Positions 13,399 through 27,126 of a DNA stretch of 64,000 nucleotides are shown here, piece after piece. Position 1 is the first letter of the stretch, and each line of letters starts with the position of its first letter. A program made the translations under genes and the position numbers. The DNA is from Octopus bimaculoides. Lineage: Eukaryota. The notes beneath the pieces were generated by a model. It did no database searches, had not been told where the DNA came from, and saw only the letters and a program-made list of their open reading frames with translations. The stretch lies in NCBI RefSeq assembly GCF_001194135.2, contig NC_068988.1, positions 97,191,861 to 97,255,860 of the forward strand. Direction: 5' to 3'.

Positions 13399-15325
13399 CA
13401 CACACACACACACACACACACATATATGTGTTTATATATGTATGTATATATGTGCATATATGGGCGTGTGAGTTTTGTGACTGTCTGTGTGTGTATAGTC
13501 ATGTAATTACTTCCACGCCCTGTTTGTGGTGCATCTCACTCACACCTATAGAACACGGGCAAAGACACACACACTCCCTGCCTTTCATAGATGTTTCTCT
13601 GTGTTTATGAATCAGTGAGTGTGAGAAAGCATAAATAGTGAGATATACGTACAGAGGCGTGTATTGACGAGCCATCAGTGGCTTATCAGCACTCGCGTTT
13701 CTCTCTCTCTCTCTCTCTCCATTTAACGTAAAATTAATCAATAGTCTTTAGTAGATTTCGTCTTTATTAAACTTGTACAAATAGGAATAACAGTGACTTC
13801 GTGGTTTCGGTCTGATAGTTTTCGCCAGGTTCGACTAGAGACGCGTTCACTTTTGATTTTATATCGTCTTTGAGGTATTTCTTTGTACGTATTTCTGGGT
13901 AGGCGGTGCTAATGAAATGAGAATTCGGCTTGGTATATGTAGATTTTGGAAAATTGATGTTTGAGAAGGTGGATAGGAGAGGATCGGAGGCAAATATGTT
14001 TATAGAGTGTGGGTTCATGGAAAGATATTGCTGGTAGATTTAGTTTGGTTTGATCTTGAATGCTAGACTGGGTACAGAAGTGTACACATTATTAGTGAGT
14101 CAGATTCATATACACATATCCATAGATGCATACACGTGATACACGTGTGTGTGTGTGTTTGTGTGCTTCTGTGTGTATGTGTTTCAGCGGAGTGGTAAGA
14201 TCTCTGAACACCTATTGAAAGAGGTGACATCGTTACCAAATCTGTGCAAAAACGGTATTTCCCCAGCAAGACTGGAAAGCCACATCCATGCTGCTTTAAG
14301 AGAACTATTAAGCGATGGCGTTGCTCCATCTGCCGTTGCAGTCACCATGTATGTATGTATGTATGTATGTATGTATCTATCTATTATACATGTATGTGTG
14401 TGTATGTATGTATCTATGTGTTTATGTATGCATACATGTGCGTGTGTGTATGCATGTATGTATGTGTATGTGTGTGTGCCTATGTGAAGATATCCTAAAA
14501 TCTAATTTTATACGAAAGATTAAGTCAAAGTATAAACCAGTGACATATCTCTGATCACCAAATTCATCATTTCAGCAACAACAAACAAATATAGAAATAA
14601 GATAGAAATAAAAACCAAAAATAAAATAGCGAATTTTATCTCAATAAACTACAACGAAATTATCAACGACAAAAAAAGACAAAATCAGGTAAAAACAAAA
14701 ACAAAAAAAGTCTGAAATATTTTAAAAACTCCTCATGTTTTCATTATTTTCTTAACATAATCTTAGCAATATGTATAAAAGGAAACAAGAATTTCTTTAG
14801 TCCAACACATAATAATAACCATACATTATTATGAAATTGGATTACGTTAAATAGCACAACGCAATAAAGATTGTAATGGAATTATAGTAAACATCAAATC
14901 ATAATGAAAGATTTATCATTAATTCAATAAAGCAGTTTAGGTTTGGTTTGTTTTTTTTAAATTTTTCTTCATCTGCAACAACTTCTTTGTTAGGAAGGTT
15001 CCATTATTTTCAACCGATGAAATAAAAAGATTAAACTAAGCAGACATATATTAGGAGTGAATGCGAGAGTAAACAGGTGCNNNNNNNNNNNNNNNNNNNN
15101 NNNNNNNNNNNNNNNNNNNNNNNNNNNNNNNNNNNNNNNNNNNNNNNNNNNNNNNNNNNNNNNNNNNNNNNNNNNNNNNNNNNNATACCTACCTACCTAC
15201 CTAAATACATACCTACTTACACGCACATACACATACATATATACACACTCACGCACAGATAAATGCATGTTTCACTCTGTCTCTCTATCTCTCTAACTAT
15301 CTGTGTGTATATATATATATATACA

Positions 15326-15368
<43 letters not shown>

Positions 15369-15444
15369 ACATTTATGCATATTTACAATAATCAACGGAA
15401 AAGTGGTCGGACCATAAGTTCATAGGCAACATTTCAGATTGTAT

Positions 15445-15486
15445 TACTTCTGAAGAAGTACCTTATATTCGAAACGTCGAAAAGTT
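15445..15486 (+). ncRNA. Degenerate Penelope-type minimal hammerhead ribozyme relic
   Basis: CTGAAGA(15450-56)-AGTA cctta TATT-C-GAAAC(15471-75)-GTC. Helix I pairing is poor. Confidence 0.4.
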
Positions 15487-16259
15487 TTCCTCACAGTTTT
15501 ATGAAAACTAAAGTAATTACACATACAGTTTATGCTTTTACAAATACCTTTGGCATCTACTTTACACATAACATGCATTTACCATATACATATATTCCTG
15601 TTACGCACACACAGCATCTATGTATCTTTAAGTTATAACACACACACACACGCATACACACACTCACAAACACTCACACACATATGTATGTATGTTTCGT
15701 AACTTTAACATATGCGATACGACATTTATATGTCATATAACATAGGTATAAAATACATATATCATGTATTAAATTGCAGAAATAACCTAAATATATCATA
15801 GAATATAATTTATATAATTTTGATGGATTTGCGTAGACTAAAACGCAACACGAGAACAACAAAATGAAAAATTGAGGATGTGTAAGTTTTTATATTTTGC
15901 AAGTTTTATGGCTGCAAAAGGGGGGGGGGAGAAAGTAATAGAGAGAGAGAGAGAGAAGAAAGATAAGAGACTGTGAGGGGGGTAAAGGGAGATGAAGTCA
16001 TGTGTGTGTGTGTGTGTGTGTGTATGTGTGTCTGCATATCTGTGAATGTATGTGTGTGAGTGCGTGATTATGGTGCGTGTGTGACCTTTAATGTATACGT
16101 GTTATTTAAACTATAATTGAACATAAACGTAGACGGAGAAATTGCAAATTGTAATTAGAAAAGCGAAGACCTTTCAGCAAAGAATGTGTTGTAGAGGTGT
16201 GGAGAATAGGAAGACAGATATGAAGGAAAATTGGGGACGATAGGAAGAGAGGGATAGAT

Positions 16260-16305
<46 letters not shown>

Positions 16306-16769
16306 GTATATAATTGCATGCGTATATAAACTGGATACTCACTTGATATGAATTATTTGCCCATGTGAGTTGACAGTATTTGATTGTAGAGGAATGCAAA
16401 TTCAGGTTTAACGTACATGCAAATATACATATATTGTTAGGCGCACAGATGTACCAAATTATACATTCATACAGTCGGATATGCAACGGGTGCATAAGCA
16501 TACCCACATGCGCATACACATGTTGCACGCACATATCACACATAAATAAGTGTATGCGTATGTATGTGTGTGTGTGTATGTATGTGTGTGTGTGTATGTG
16601 TGTGTTAATATTTTCACATAGTTTCTATGCTCCTTCATGCTTGTGTTCGGATGTATGTGTAAGATATATATATATATTTATGAATATTACACCTCCAACC
16701 ACACACCCACACACAAACACATACATTTATAAGTGTATGTATATGTATATGCATATATGTATGTGTGTG

Positions 16770-16832
<63 letters not shown>

Positions 16833-17579
16833 GCATATACATATGTATATATACACATAAATACATACACAAACACACCCTCACATATAATATAAGCATA
16901 TTTATACATACGTATATGTATGTATGTATGTATGTGGAGCCCCCTCACAGACAGTTAACACAAGAGAGATAATCAATTATAAAATTTAGCTAGATTAGAG
17001 TTTTGAATTTGAAGTAAAGGAGTAAAGATGGATATAAGGTGCATATTTAATGTTTTACTTTTGCTTCTCTATGACGAAGTTCTTAGGATTTCTAGTCAGG
17101 GATAATCACGTATTAACTCCATTGTATATCCGTTTTAAAAATCACCAGCATAGCATTACCTGAGATATATAAATAAACCATTTTATGAAATAAGACATTT
17201 GTTATAGACGAGAAATAGCTATAGTCTGGAAGACAATCATTAAAGTATGGATGTGTGTTTTTCATAAAGTGTTGGAAGTCTAGCAATTGAGAGAGGAGAG
17301 AGCCGTATAATTATTGTTAACATAATTAACTGTTAGCAATTTTGAATAAGAAAGGAAGCTAATATCAAAACTTTACAAAAGTTTGAATCTTATGATTGGA
17401 ATGGCACAGACAAAAGTGATAATTTGACATTTGTTTTGGAGGCTTGGATTACCTTAGGATGCGTTTCAAACTCGGTTTGGCCTCAACAGAATAACACAGA
17501 CTCCGCGTCTCCAAAAACTATGAACAATTTAACATGTGCACAAATAATTTAGCACATACATTGCAAAGTGGAAACATTG

Positions 17580-17916
17580 GGGCATGCGTGATAACAGCGC
17601 GTCGCTGCATCCACCATTTATTGGTCATTCCATACTCCTGGCAGATGATACTCAAGCGTCAACCCTCCTACCCATGGATCTGTTTGGGTAGACGTTACTG
17701 GTGAGTGTTTTATGCGGTCAGAGTGCAAATCCTATCACAACCTCTTTTAGTCACCTTTCACAATACGCAGAGAAAACATTGGATCTTTTCTTCGACATGC
17801 CGATCCCCACTCAGTACGAGAGCAACGTTTAATAAGAACACAACACGCTGCGCGGTCCAGGAGTCGAACCAATGATCTCACGATCATAAATGCAACATCC
17901 TAACCACTAGGCTACG
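17580..17916 (-). mobile_element. tRNA-head SINE (family B-like head, different body)
   Basis: Reverse complement CGTAGCCTAGTGGTTAGGATGTTGCATTTATGATCGTGAGATCATTGGTTCGACTCCTGGACC (A/B boxes). Confidence 0.7.
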
Positions 17917-18500
17917 AACGAAGAGAACCTGTATGAATAAAACAAAAGGAGCTAAGAGGAAGTAATTCAAAGAGGCCAGTGACATGTCTTTATTTAATGG
18001 TGCCGATATAGTGTATGGCATACCATACGCCATACATTCAAAGTTGCCAGCAATCATCTGGAGGGTTTTGAAGCTTTTTCGCTGGGAGGGAAGTTTTAAT
18101 AAATTGAAAAAATAGAGTATGACGGAAAATTGTTACCACATCAGAAATATTTTCTTTGAAATACAAGATTAAAATTTAGGACATCCTGAGGTCAAGAAAT
18201 GACTTTGAAAATTGACATTTTTAAAAGATATAACAATGATAGTGTGTTGGAAAGAGAAGGAGAAAGAGAAAGAATCCTAGGGATTCAAAGACTCACACAG
18301 GTCTGGCATTAATTTGTCAGCCAAGTGCACGGCTAACAAGAACGAACGTGGCTCAGATTAGGATAAACCTTCAAGTCGTTCTGAAAATCAGGAGGTACCT
18401 TCTTCTGTTCATATATATGTGTTTGTGTGTATAGGTGTGTGCGTGTGTTTGCGTACGCGTGCGCATGTACGTGGGTGTATATATATATATATATATATAT

Positions 18501-19180
18501 NNNNNNNNNNNNNNNNNNNNNNNNNNNNNNNNNNNNNNNNNNNNNNNNNNNNNNNNNNNNNNNNNNNNNNNNNNNNNNNNNNNNNNNNNNNNNNNNNNNN
18601 NNNNNNNNNNNNNNNNNNNNNNNNNNNNNNNNNNNNNNNNNNNNNNNNNNNNNNNNNNNNNNNNNNNNNNNNNNNNNNNNNNNNNNNNNNNNNNNNNNNN
18701 NNNNNNNNNNNNNNNNNNNNNNNNNNNNNNNNNNNNNNNNNNNNNNNNNNNNNNNNNNNNNNNNNNNNNNNNNNNNNNNNNNNNNNNNNNNNNNNNNNNN
18801 NNNNNNNNNNNNNNNNNNNNNNNNNNNNNNNNNNNNNNNNNNNNNNNNNNNNNNNNNNNNNNNNNNNNNNNNNNNNNNNNNNNNNNNNNNNNNNNNNNNN
18901 NNNNNNNNNNNNNNNNNNNNNNNNNNNNNNNNNNNNNNNNNNNNNNNNNNNNNNNNNNNNNNNNNNNNNNNNNNNNNNNNNNNNNNNNNNNNNNNNNNNN
19001 NNNNNNNNNNNNNNNNNNNNNNNNNNNNNNNNNNNNNNNNNNNNNNNNNNNNNNNNNNNNNNNNNNNNNNNNNNNNNNNNNNNNNNNNNNNNNNNNNNNN
19101 NNNNNNNNNNNNNNNNNNNNNNNNNNNNNNNNNNNNNNNNNNNNNNNNNNNNNNNNNNNNNNNNNNNNNNNNNNNNNNNN
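18501..19180. other. Assembly gap (largest of many N runs)
   Basis: N run. Others include 2735-2872, 5553-5948, 15081-15184, 19931-20420, 22617-23018, 26335-26548, 27735-28030 and 30645-30953. Most are bordered by (TA)n. Confidence 0.99.
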
Positions 19181-19505
19181 ATATATATATATATATATAT
19201 ATATATGCATATATGTACAATTAAATGTATATAGATATATATATATATGTGTGTGTGTGTGTATGTATATATATATATATATGTGTGTGTGTATACATGC
19301 ATACATACATACAAACATACATACATACATACATACATGCATACATACATACAAACACATTACATACATCTACATATAAACGCGCGTTCCTGGCTGAGAT
19401 TATTTCGTGCTATTTAATATAACAACGAACTCAAAGCACCCATATGACTTTACGTGACTTAATGGAGAGAATGATGAGATAGCTGAGGCTGTGGGTAGCG
19501 TATAT

Positions 19506-19550
<45 letters not shown>

Positions 19551-20420
19551 AGTTATTCTATAGGTATCTTTGTTGTGTGGCGGAATAGGGGCTGACAGAA
19601 ACTGATAGCAAAGGCTACATACATATGTGTATTATATATATATATATATATAATACACATATTTATATAGTATCTACATGTATGTATGCAGAGTGATGTG
19701 CGCAATCAACATCCACATCCACATCCACAGTGAAACTCATATAAGAACACCCACACCCACGCACATCGTTTCCTCTACCGAATATTAATCCATCACAGAA
19801 GACAAAGAGTACGGAACTGAAAACTGCTTCTCTTAATTAACTTTGACGGTAACAAGACACTCCTAAGTGTACACCCCCACTTCCCCATCACCACTGAACC
19901 ATTCTCTCTACACCATCTTATAGCCGCCACNNNNNNNNNNNNNNNNNNNNNNNNNNNNNNNNNNNNNNNNNNNNNNNNNNNNNNNNNNNNNNNNNNNNNN
20001 NNNNNNNNNNNNNNNNNNNNNNNNNNNNNNNNNNNNNNNNNNNNNNNNNNNNNNNNNNNNNNNNNNNNNNNNNNNNNNNNNNNNNNNNNNNNNNNNNNNN
20101 NNNNNNNNNNNNNNNNNNNNNNNNNNNNNNNNNNNNNNNNNNNNNNNNNNNNNNNNNNNNNNNNNNNNNNNNNNNNNNNNNNNNNNNNNNNNNNNNNNNN
20201 NNNNNNNNNNNNNNNNNNNNNNNNNNNNNNNNNNNNNNNNNNNNNNNNNNNNNNNNNNNNNNNNNNNNNNNNNNNNNNNNNNNNNNNNNNNNNNNNNNNN
20301 NNNNNNNNNNNNNNNNNNNNNNNNNNNNNNNNNNNNNNNNNNNNNNNNNNNNNNNNNNNNNNNNNNNNNNNNNNNNNNNNNNNNNNNNNNNNNNNNNNNN
20401 NNNNNNNNNNNNNNNNNNNN

Positions 20421-20464
<44 letters not shown>

Positions 20465-20899
20465 TGTGTGTATGTAAATGTATGTGTATGTGCTTGCATG
20501 TATGTGTCTGTGCATTCATGTGTTTTTGTGGGCATATTTCCTACCTGAAACAGCCAACGAGTATTACAAGAACTGAAGAAAATTAGTGGTACAATACCAT
20601 ATTTTTTTGCTTTTGTGATCCACAATCCGTTTCTTCAAAGTCACATTCTAGGGAAAAATTGAGTGCCATTTACCATTCTTTCTAATTACCAACACTCCAG
20701 TATAGACAGGTTGTGCAAAAGCATTTGCCAGCAGATGAAAATCGATGTTTTGAGTGGACAGCAAAGCAGCATCCAGTGAATTGGAACAAGGCGAACATAC
20801 CCGCCGGGGCAATAAAAAAGCGCTATTTGGTATTTTGTGAAGAAGGAACGTTATTTAAACAAATAGGGTAAGAGGGAGAGATAGAAATAATCAGAGAGA

Positions 20900-20941
<42 letters not shown>

Positions 20942-21112
20942 GAGAGAGAGGAGAAGCTGGCTTCAAGAGGGAGAACAATATTAAACAGTTTCCAGACAAC
21001 TAGTTTTAAAGTAATTTTGAAATGAATGTGTATGTATGTATGTATGAATATATGTATGTGTGTGTATATAAAGTCTCATGCATACGCATACACTTGTATA
21101 TGTATGTGTGTG

Positions 21113-21154
<42 letters not shown>

Positions 21155-21164
21155 NNNNNNNNNN

Positions 21165-21213
<49 letters not shown>

Positions 21214-21647
21214 AAACTGAAAGAGAGATGAGAGAGAATTGAATTGATGGAGAAAAAAATTGGCAAATGTGAGGATTGTTGGAAGGTTTGGCGAATGCAA
21301 AAATATATTGGAATGGTTTGACAGAGCAAGAAGAGATTATCCGAAAATACCTTGATAGTGATGGTGATGGTGATGGTGGTGGATTTTAGAATAGCAGTCT
21401 TTTCCTTAATACCATAAATTCTTCTTCTGCTTATCCTAACAGTGACCTTATAGATATTCCACTCTAAGAAGTGAAATAATGCGAAAATAGGTGGAGTAGA
21501 TTTGTTTCATGACTCTCAAAGTTTCTAAAGAATATTCTTCAAAGAATTCTTCTGTCGAAAATAACATCCAATTCTCGATGGTAAGAATAAAGCTTCTAAA
21601 CGGACAGAGACGATTCCAAGGGTTGCTTTCGAATAATGGTAACATCT

Positions 21648-22212
21648 ATCTATTTACAAGCTTTTTAATCCCATCAATGTAAAACTATTTTGGTTTCAAA
21701 GCGAAGAACTCTGAAATGTCAGTTTCGACCTCCTCCTGGCTTGCGAAAGTTATGTTCCCCAAATGATTCTGTAAACTACGAAACAAATGGTAGTCTGAAG
21801 GAGCAAGGTCGGGAGAATAAGGTGGATGAGCAATTTTTTCCCAACCAAGCTCTTCGATCTTCTATGATATGACATTTTCAGTGTGGGGTCGCGCATTGTC
21901 CTGATGAAACATCACTCCTTTTTGATTCACTAAAGCGGGTCTTTTTTTTCTTCAAAGCTTGGTTCAAACTCTCTAATTGCTGACGGTAGACTTGAGCATT
22001 GATTGTTGCATTAGGTGGTAACAATTCAAAGTGAATTACTCCTTTGCAATCCCACCAGATAGAGAGAAGAACCTTTTTCCTATGAAGTTCCCTTCTCGGT
22101 TGTGGTTGAGTTTTTCCCCTTTTACCAAGTCACTGTTTACGGCGTTTAACATTTCGATAGAAGATCCATTTTTCGTCACCAGTCACAAGTCTATCGAAAA
22201 AGGGTGAAATGA
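21648..22212 (-). mobile_element. mariner (DD34D) transposase catalytic domain, pseudogenised
   Basis: DRLVTGDEKWIFY...KKVLLSIWWDCKGVIHFELLPPNATINAQVY..QL..L...HQDNARPH...LGWEKIAHPPYSPDLAPSDYHLFRSLQN. 34 residues separate the second and third Asp. Internal stops and one frameshift in an A run. Confidence 0.95.
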
Positions 22213-22479
22213 GTAATATGCGCGTGGAAGGCTGCATCATTACTCACGTCAATGTTCAGGTCACGCACTGATTTTGATTCAGGGACTGCAGTTGTATGTA
22301 TGTATGTATGTATGTATGTATGTATGTATACAAATGCATATATTCTCGTCTTCTATTTCGCAGAAGGCTAACAGCAATGTAATTCTGAATATACTAAAAA
22401 AAAAATACGAGTTTATACGCGCGCGTGCGTGTATATGTGTATGGATGTGACTATGCGTGCATGTATATAAGTATGTATG

Positions 22480-22519
<40 letters not shown>

Positions 22520-23018
22520 TACATATGTGTGTATGTGTCTGTGTAGAAAGATAAATACACAGGTAAATAGGGAGATATGTCTATATGTATACACAGGTGA
22601 ATTTATATATATATANNNNNNNNNNNNNNNNNNNNNNNNNNNNNNNNNNNNNNNNNNNNNNNNNNNNNNNNNNNNNNNNNNNNNNNNNNNNNNNNNNNNN
22701 NNNNNNNNNNNNNNNNNNNNNNNNNNNNNNNNNNNNNNNNNNNNNNNNNNNNNNNNNNNNNNNNNNNNNNNNNNNNNNNNNNNNNNNNNNNNNNNNNNNN
22801 NNNNNNNNNNNNNNNNNNNNNNNNNNNNNNNNNNNNNNNNNNNNNNNNNNNNNNNNNNNNNNNNNNNNNNNNNNNNNNNNNNNNNNNNNNNNNNNNNNNN
22901 NNNNNNNNNNNNNNNNNNNNNNNNNNNNNNNNNNNNNNNNNNNNNNNNNNNNNNNNNNNNNNNNNNNNNNNNNNNNNNNNNNNNNNNNNNNNNNNNNNNN
23001 NNNNNNNNNNNNNNNNNN

Positions 23019-23056
<38 letters not shown>

Positions 23057-23599
23057 CATGTCTTTTTGATGTTTTACTTCTTCTTTTTATGATTTTTTAT
23101 GTTTCTATTCGTAAATTTGTCCAATTCATTAATGTACATATTTGTAATATATTTTAAATATTTTCTCCGGCGTTGCAATTCTTCACTAGTTAAGAAAATT
23201 CAACTTTCAAATGACTCAGATTTGCATGCGGAAAATTTGTGTTGCCGCAGGATTGAACTCTGTGCAATAATGAGTGCCAACGTTATTGAATTCACAAATA
23301 ATTCATTAGACTGCAATGCCATGAACCATTTACCATTTCTTTATGTAGTTTGGCGATCGAATAGCTTCGTACTTGAATTATTTCATGCGGATGATGTCTT
23401 GGAATTATTTAATCTGTAAACAATTCTGCAATCCTACGCCAAGAAATGTCCAATCGCCTATGTTTTCATTATGGTTCTATTGTCACTTTCTTCATAATTA
23501 TAGTAAAGTCTTTACTTTACTGGGGACATCGTAATAAGCTGGAAGATGTTGATAATTACTTCCCTCAGATGCAGCAAAACTAAAATGAAAATGTTTGCA

Positions 23600-24060
23600 A
23601 TGCAGTTACTTAACACCGAGTACCACCTCTTCAGATATCTCACTGTATAAATTAACATAGTCTCCATATAATCAGTTTTTACTCTTCTCCCATACATTTT
23701 CTCGTACGTGTGTACACCATAGATTTTCTGTTGGTTGTGTCTCCTTTACGAAACTGCGATGGCTTAACTGATATTCTTCTTTGGCACCTTTCTTCCATTA
23801 TTTCTAGCAGTATTTTTATTAGTCGTCTGTCTTCTGTGAAGTGGATAGCCTGTTGCTGGGGATAAGAAGCTGTTTCCTTCAGGCTGCAGAGCCATTCACC
23901 TGTTGTATTATGTTGCTCTTGCTTACCCCAGAAAAGTCGACTTTCATCAGCATCAGGGACTAATCCATCACGTTTTTTATCGCCATTAATCTCTTGATAA
24001 AATCGCTTTTGGTTGGTTCTAAGCAATTTGTTTTACTGGTATTGTTTAATCCGTTGTTCA
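23600..24060 (-). mobile_element. Dong/R4-like LINE fragment (region upstream of RT)
   Basis: ORF 23679-24026 RTNQKRFYQEING...PDADESRLFW...HNTTGEWL matches the NQK.FY...PD..E...FW...HN....WL pattern of this clade. Confidence 0.75.
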
Positions 24061-24217
24061 AACCTAGTTAGCTTTGCTTTTTTTCTGCATGTATGCGCTG
24101 CTTCAACATTCAGGCCGTTTGTATCTACACCATACTTCCATTCATTCTTAAGTTCTCCATTTCTTTTCCTGACATGCATTGACACTACATTGTTCAAGGA
24201 GCTTATATGTTCAGAAA

Positions 24218-24297
<80 letters not shown>

Positions 24298-25366
24298 AAA
24301 CAGAAGGGTGTATAAACGACGAATAACATCATGTGACCCAGTCACATGATGGCAGTTCTACTTACTAAGAAGACAGTTTGCATTCGTTTGATTGGTATTG
24401 CAGCGATAAGGTGTTTTTGTTTTGTTTTGTTTTTTCTTTTTGTCCATTTAAACCTTCCTTGAAATACTCTCCGAAAAAATAATACACTTCTTTATATATT
24501 TACATATGCCTACAAAAGGCAAAGGAAAAGAAAATACACAATATATCAGAAGGAAAGAATATCAGAACAAAAACAATTCTAATGCATTATTTTTATAACG
24601 ATTACTATTATTGTTGTTGTTATTATTATTATTGTTGTTGTTTTGAACTATTAAATGTATGTAAAAACAAACAGAGATTCGAAGAAAAAATGGCCGTTTC
24701 GTTGACACATAGGACACACCCTAACACAGCATTGACTGTTAAAAACTATGCCTTATTGTTATAATGTTTATTCACTGTTTGTTTGTGTCTTTCTTTCTGT
24801 ATGTACGTTTGGTGTGTATTTCTTGCTCACCCACATACACACACACATACATATTTTTTGTGGTATTTAGTAATAGAGTTAGAGATGAAGTAAATTTTCG
24901 CAGTAGATGCAGATTGGATGTATGGTAGACACAGGGTAGATGGCACAAGGGTATATATAGCAAGGGAAAGAAAAGAGAGCAAGAAATTATTTTTAAAACG
25001 TATGACAGAGCGATACAAATATATGCGAGTGTGACAGACGTGTAACAAAACGAATCTTATGCTGTAACTCGTGCAACTCTATTCTCTTATTCTTTTATTC
25101 TTTCCTTTTTTTCTATCAGCCCTTTCACGCTTATTTCATTCATTCCACTCTTCGTTCTTTCGTTCCACCTCTCTCACATTTCATTGCCTTCTCTTCATGC
25201 TCACTTTCCCTCTTCTTTTCACTTCACTCTCCCCACGTGACCGCCGTTCGGCCAAGCCTGACCTTTCTTTCTTGGTTCGGCTGTTGTCCGTGCAACATCT
25301 ATATTCTTCCTGTGCCTGTGAAATCTTGTATCCCTGCCGTAAGGCTTTACTTCCACACACGCCAGC

Positions 25367-25705
25367 TTAATTTAATTCGTCCTTAGTCGAAAGACACCTG
25401 TTGTTATGTCCTGTTATTTGTATTTGTGTAACTTTCTCCGTTTTTTCCGTCCTTGCTTTCGTATACATTCGCTACTTTCTTCCAAGGAATCTAATGCGCT
25501 TAGCCTAGTTTTTCCTTGGGGTTGGCCAGATTGGAGCAACCTCGAGTATAACCAGCCGAAATTGCAAAAATAATCTGGAACTCGACTGAGGAAAAAAAAA
25601 GCTCCGAATGACCCATCCTTGTTTTCTTTGTATCGTCTGTCTGGATGTTTTCTTGTCCCTCTCTGCTATCAGGATGTTTTGCGTTCTTGTCCCATTTTGT
25701 ATTAT
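25367..25705 (+). repeat. Interspersed repeat, possibly Penelope-associated
   Basis: Complex block CTTAATTTAATTCGTCCTTAGTCGAAAGACACCTG...GAATGACCCATCCTTG recognised from memory as a common octopus repeat. No coding motif confirmed. Confidence 0.35.
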
Positions 25706-26609
25706 ATATATATATATATGTATATATGGGTTAGATGGTAAGTGCTAGAATGGAATAAATGAGTAGTAGTAGGAGTGATGGTAATGGTGATGGCGGGGTG
25801 GGAGGTAGAATACCGACTTACTTCAGTTAGTTGAAACCATTTGCAATATAATTTGGTCTTGAATTGTATAAAATGCAAATTGTATAAATAAATAAAAAAA
25901 TATATATAGAAAGAGAGAAAAAAATACAGACCGTTTATCTGGAAAGAGTTAAGTTACTCAGTGAATTCGTTTGCATTATATAAGCTGTTTAATAAGATTG
26001 GAAACAGAATACGAAAAATATATTAGAAAAAAGTTAAGAAAAAAAAAAGAAAAAATGAGTATAAATAGGGACGGAAAGAAGAAACGGGAGAATAGGATAG
26101 AGATAATGATGAAAGGAAATCATTAAAAGATATAATGTTCGTTATTATTTGCCGACTTCCTAAGGAAAGTGTAATGTTTCGCTTGCTGAAGGTGAGAACA
26201 TTTGAATTTCTTATACATTTACCTTACTTTATCTTATTCACAGGTGCATAGTCTGCCCCAGCAAATTGGTAGACTTAATTTACATTTGGTAAGGCTAAGA
26301 GAATTTATGTGCATTTAATTATATATATATATATNNNNNNNNNNNNNNNNNNNNNNNNNNNNNNNNNNNNNNNNNNNNNNNNNNNNNNNNNNNNNNNNNN
26401 NNNNNNNNNNNNNNNNNNNNNNNNNNNNNNNNNNNNNNNNNNNNNNNNNNNNNNNNNNNNNNNNNNNNNNNNNNNNNNNNNNNNNNNNNNNNNNNNNNNN
26501 NNNNNNNNNNNNNNNNNNNNNNNNNNNNNNNNNNNNNNNNNNNNNNNNATATATACACATCTATCTATGTATGTCTATACATATATCTTCTTACTGACAC
26601 CTTAGGTCA

Positions 26610-26950
26610 AAATTCATATTAGTGCAAGGTATGTGGCAGGATCTGCCTCTCAAAAGTTGGTCTAAAGTCTCATTTACGATCTCACAAGAACAACATTAAC
26701 TCCAAAAGCCACCATTTTTAACAAGAAAATGCTATTCAGCGTTATTTTTGTCAAAAGGTGTATAAAAACCTCTGGATTCCTAAAGAGACATCTAAATATG
26801 CACAAAAAGCACAACGAAATAACAGATTCCACACTGAGTCGCATCTCGATTCCAAATTCGATCAAGCAAGTTAAGACGCTCAAAGGTGCCACCAACACAG
26901 AAATGGCAGCAATATTCAATGCTTGGTCGAATGGTAATCAAATTCAATGA
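26610..26950 (+). mobile_element. RTE-like LINE 3' end with C2H2-type zinc fingers
   Basis: CKVCGRICLSKVGLKSHLRSH at 26623-26685. A second, frameshifted finger KRCIKTSGFLKRHLNMH follows. Confidence 0.7.
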
Positions 26951-27066
26951 AACAATTGGCGATGCCTTTGTATAGGCTCAACAAACTAATTGCAACCATG
27001 CAAAGATTAAATAAGTGAAAATTGGGTCGATGAATGAAACCTCATTATCAGCTTGTTGATATTATT

Positions 27067-27126
<60 letters not shown>

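Noticed and set aside
13767-14018. 83-aa minus-strand ORF in non-repetitive-looking sequence
   Set aside because: In-frame stop just upstream, no motif and no convincing splice sites. Size is expected by chance.
23099-23419. 106-aa plus-strand ORF
   Set aside because: No recognisable homology or splice signals. It lies next to LINE debris.
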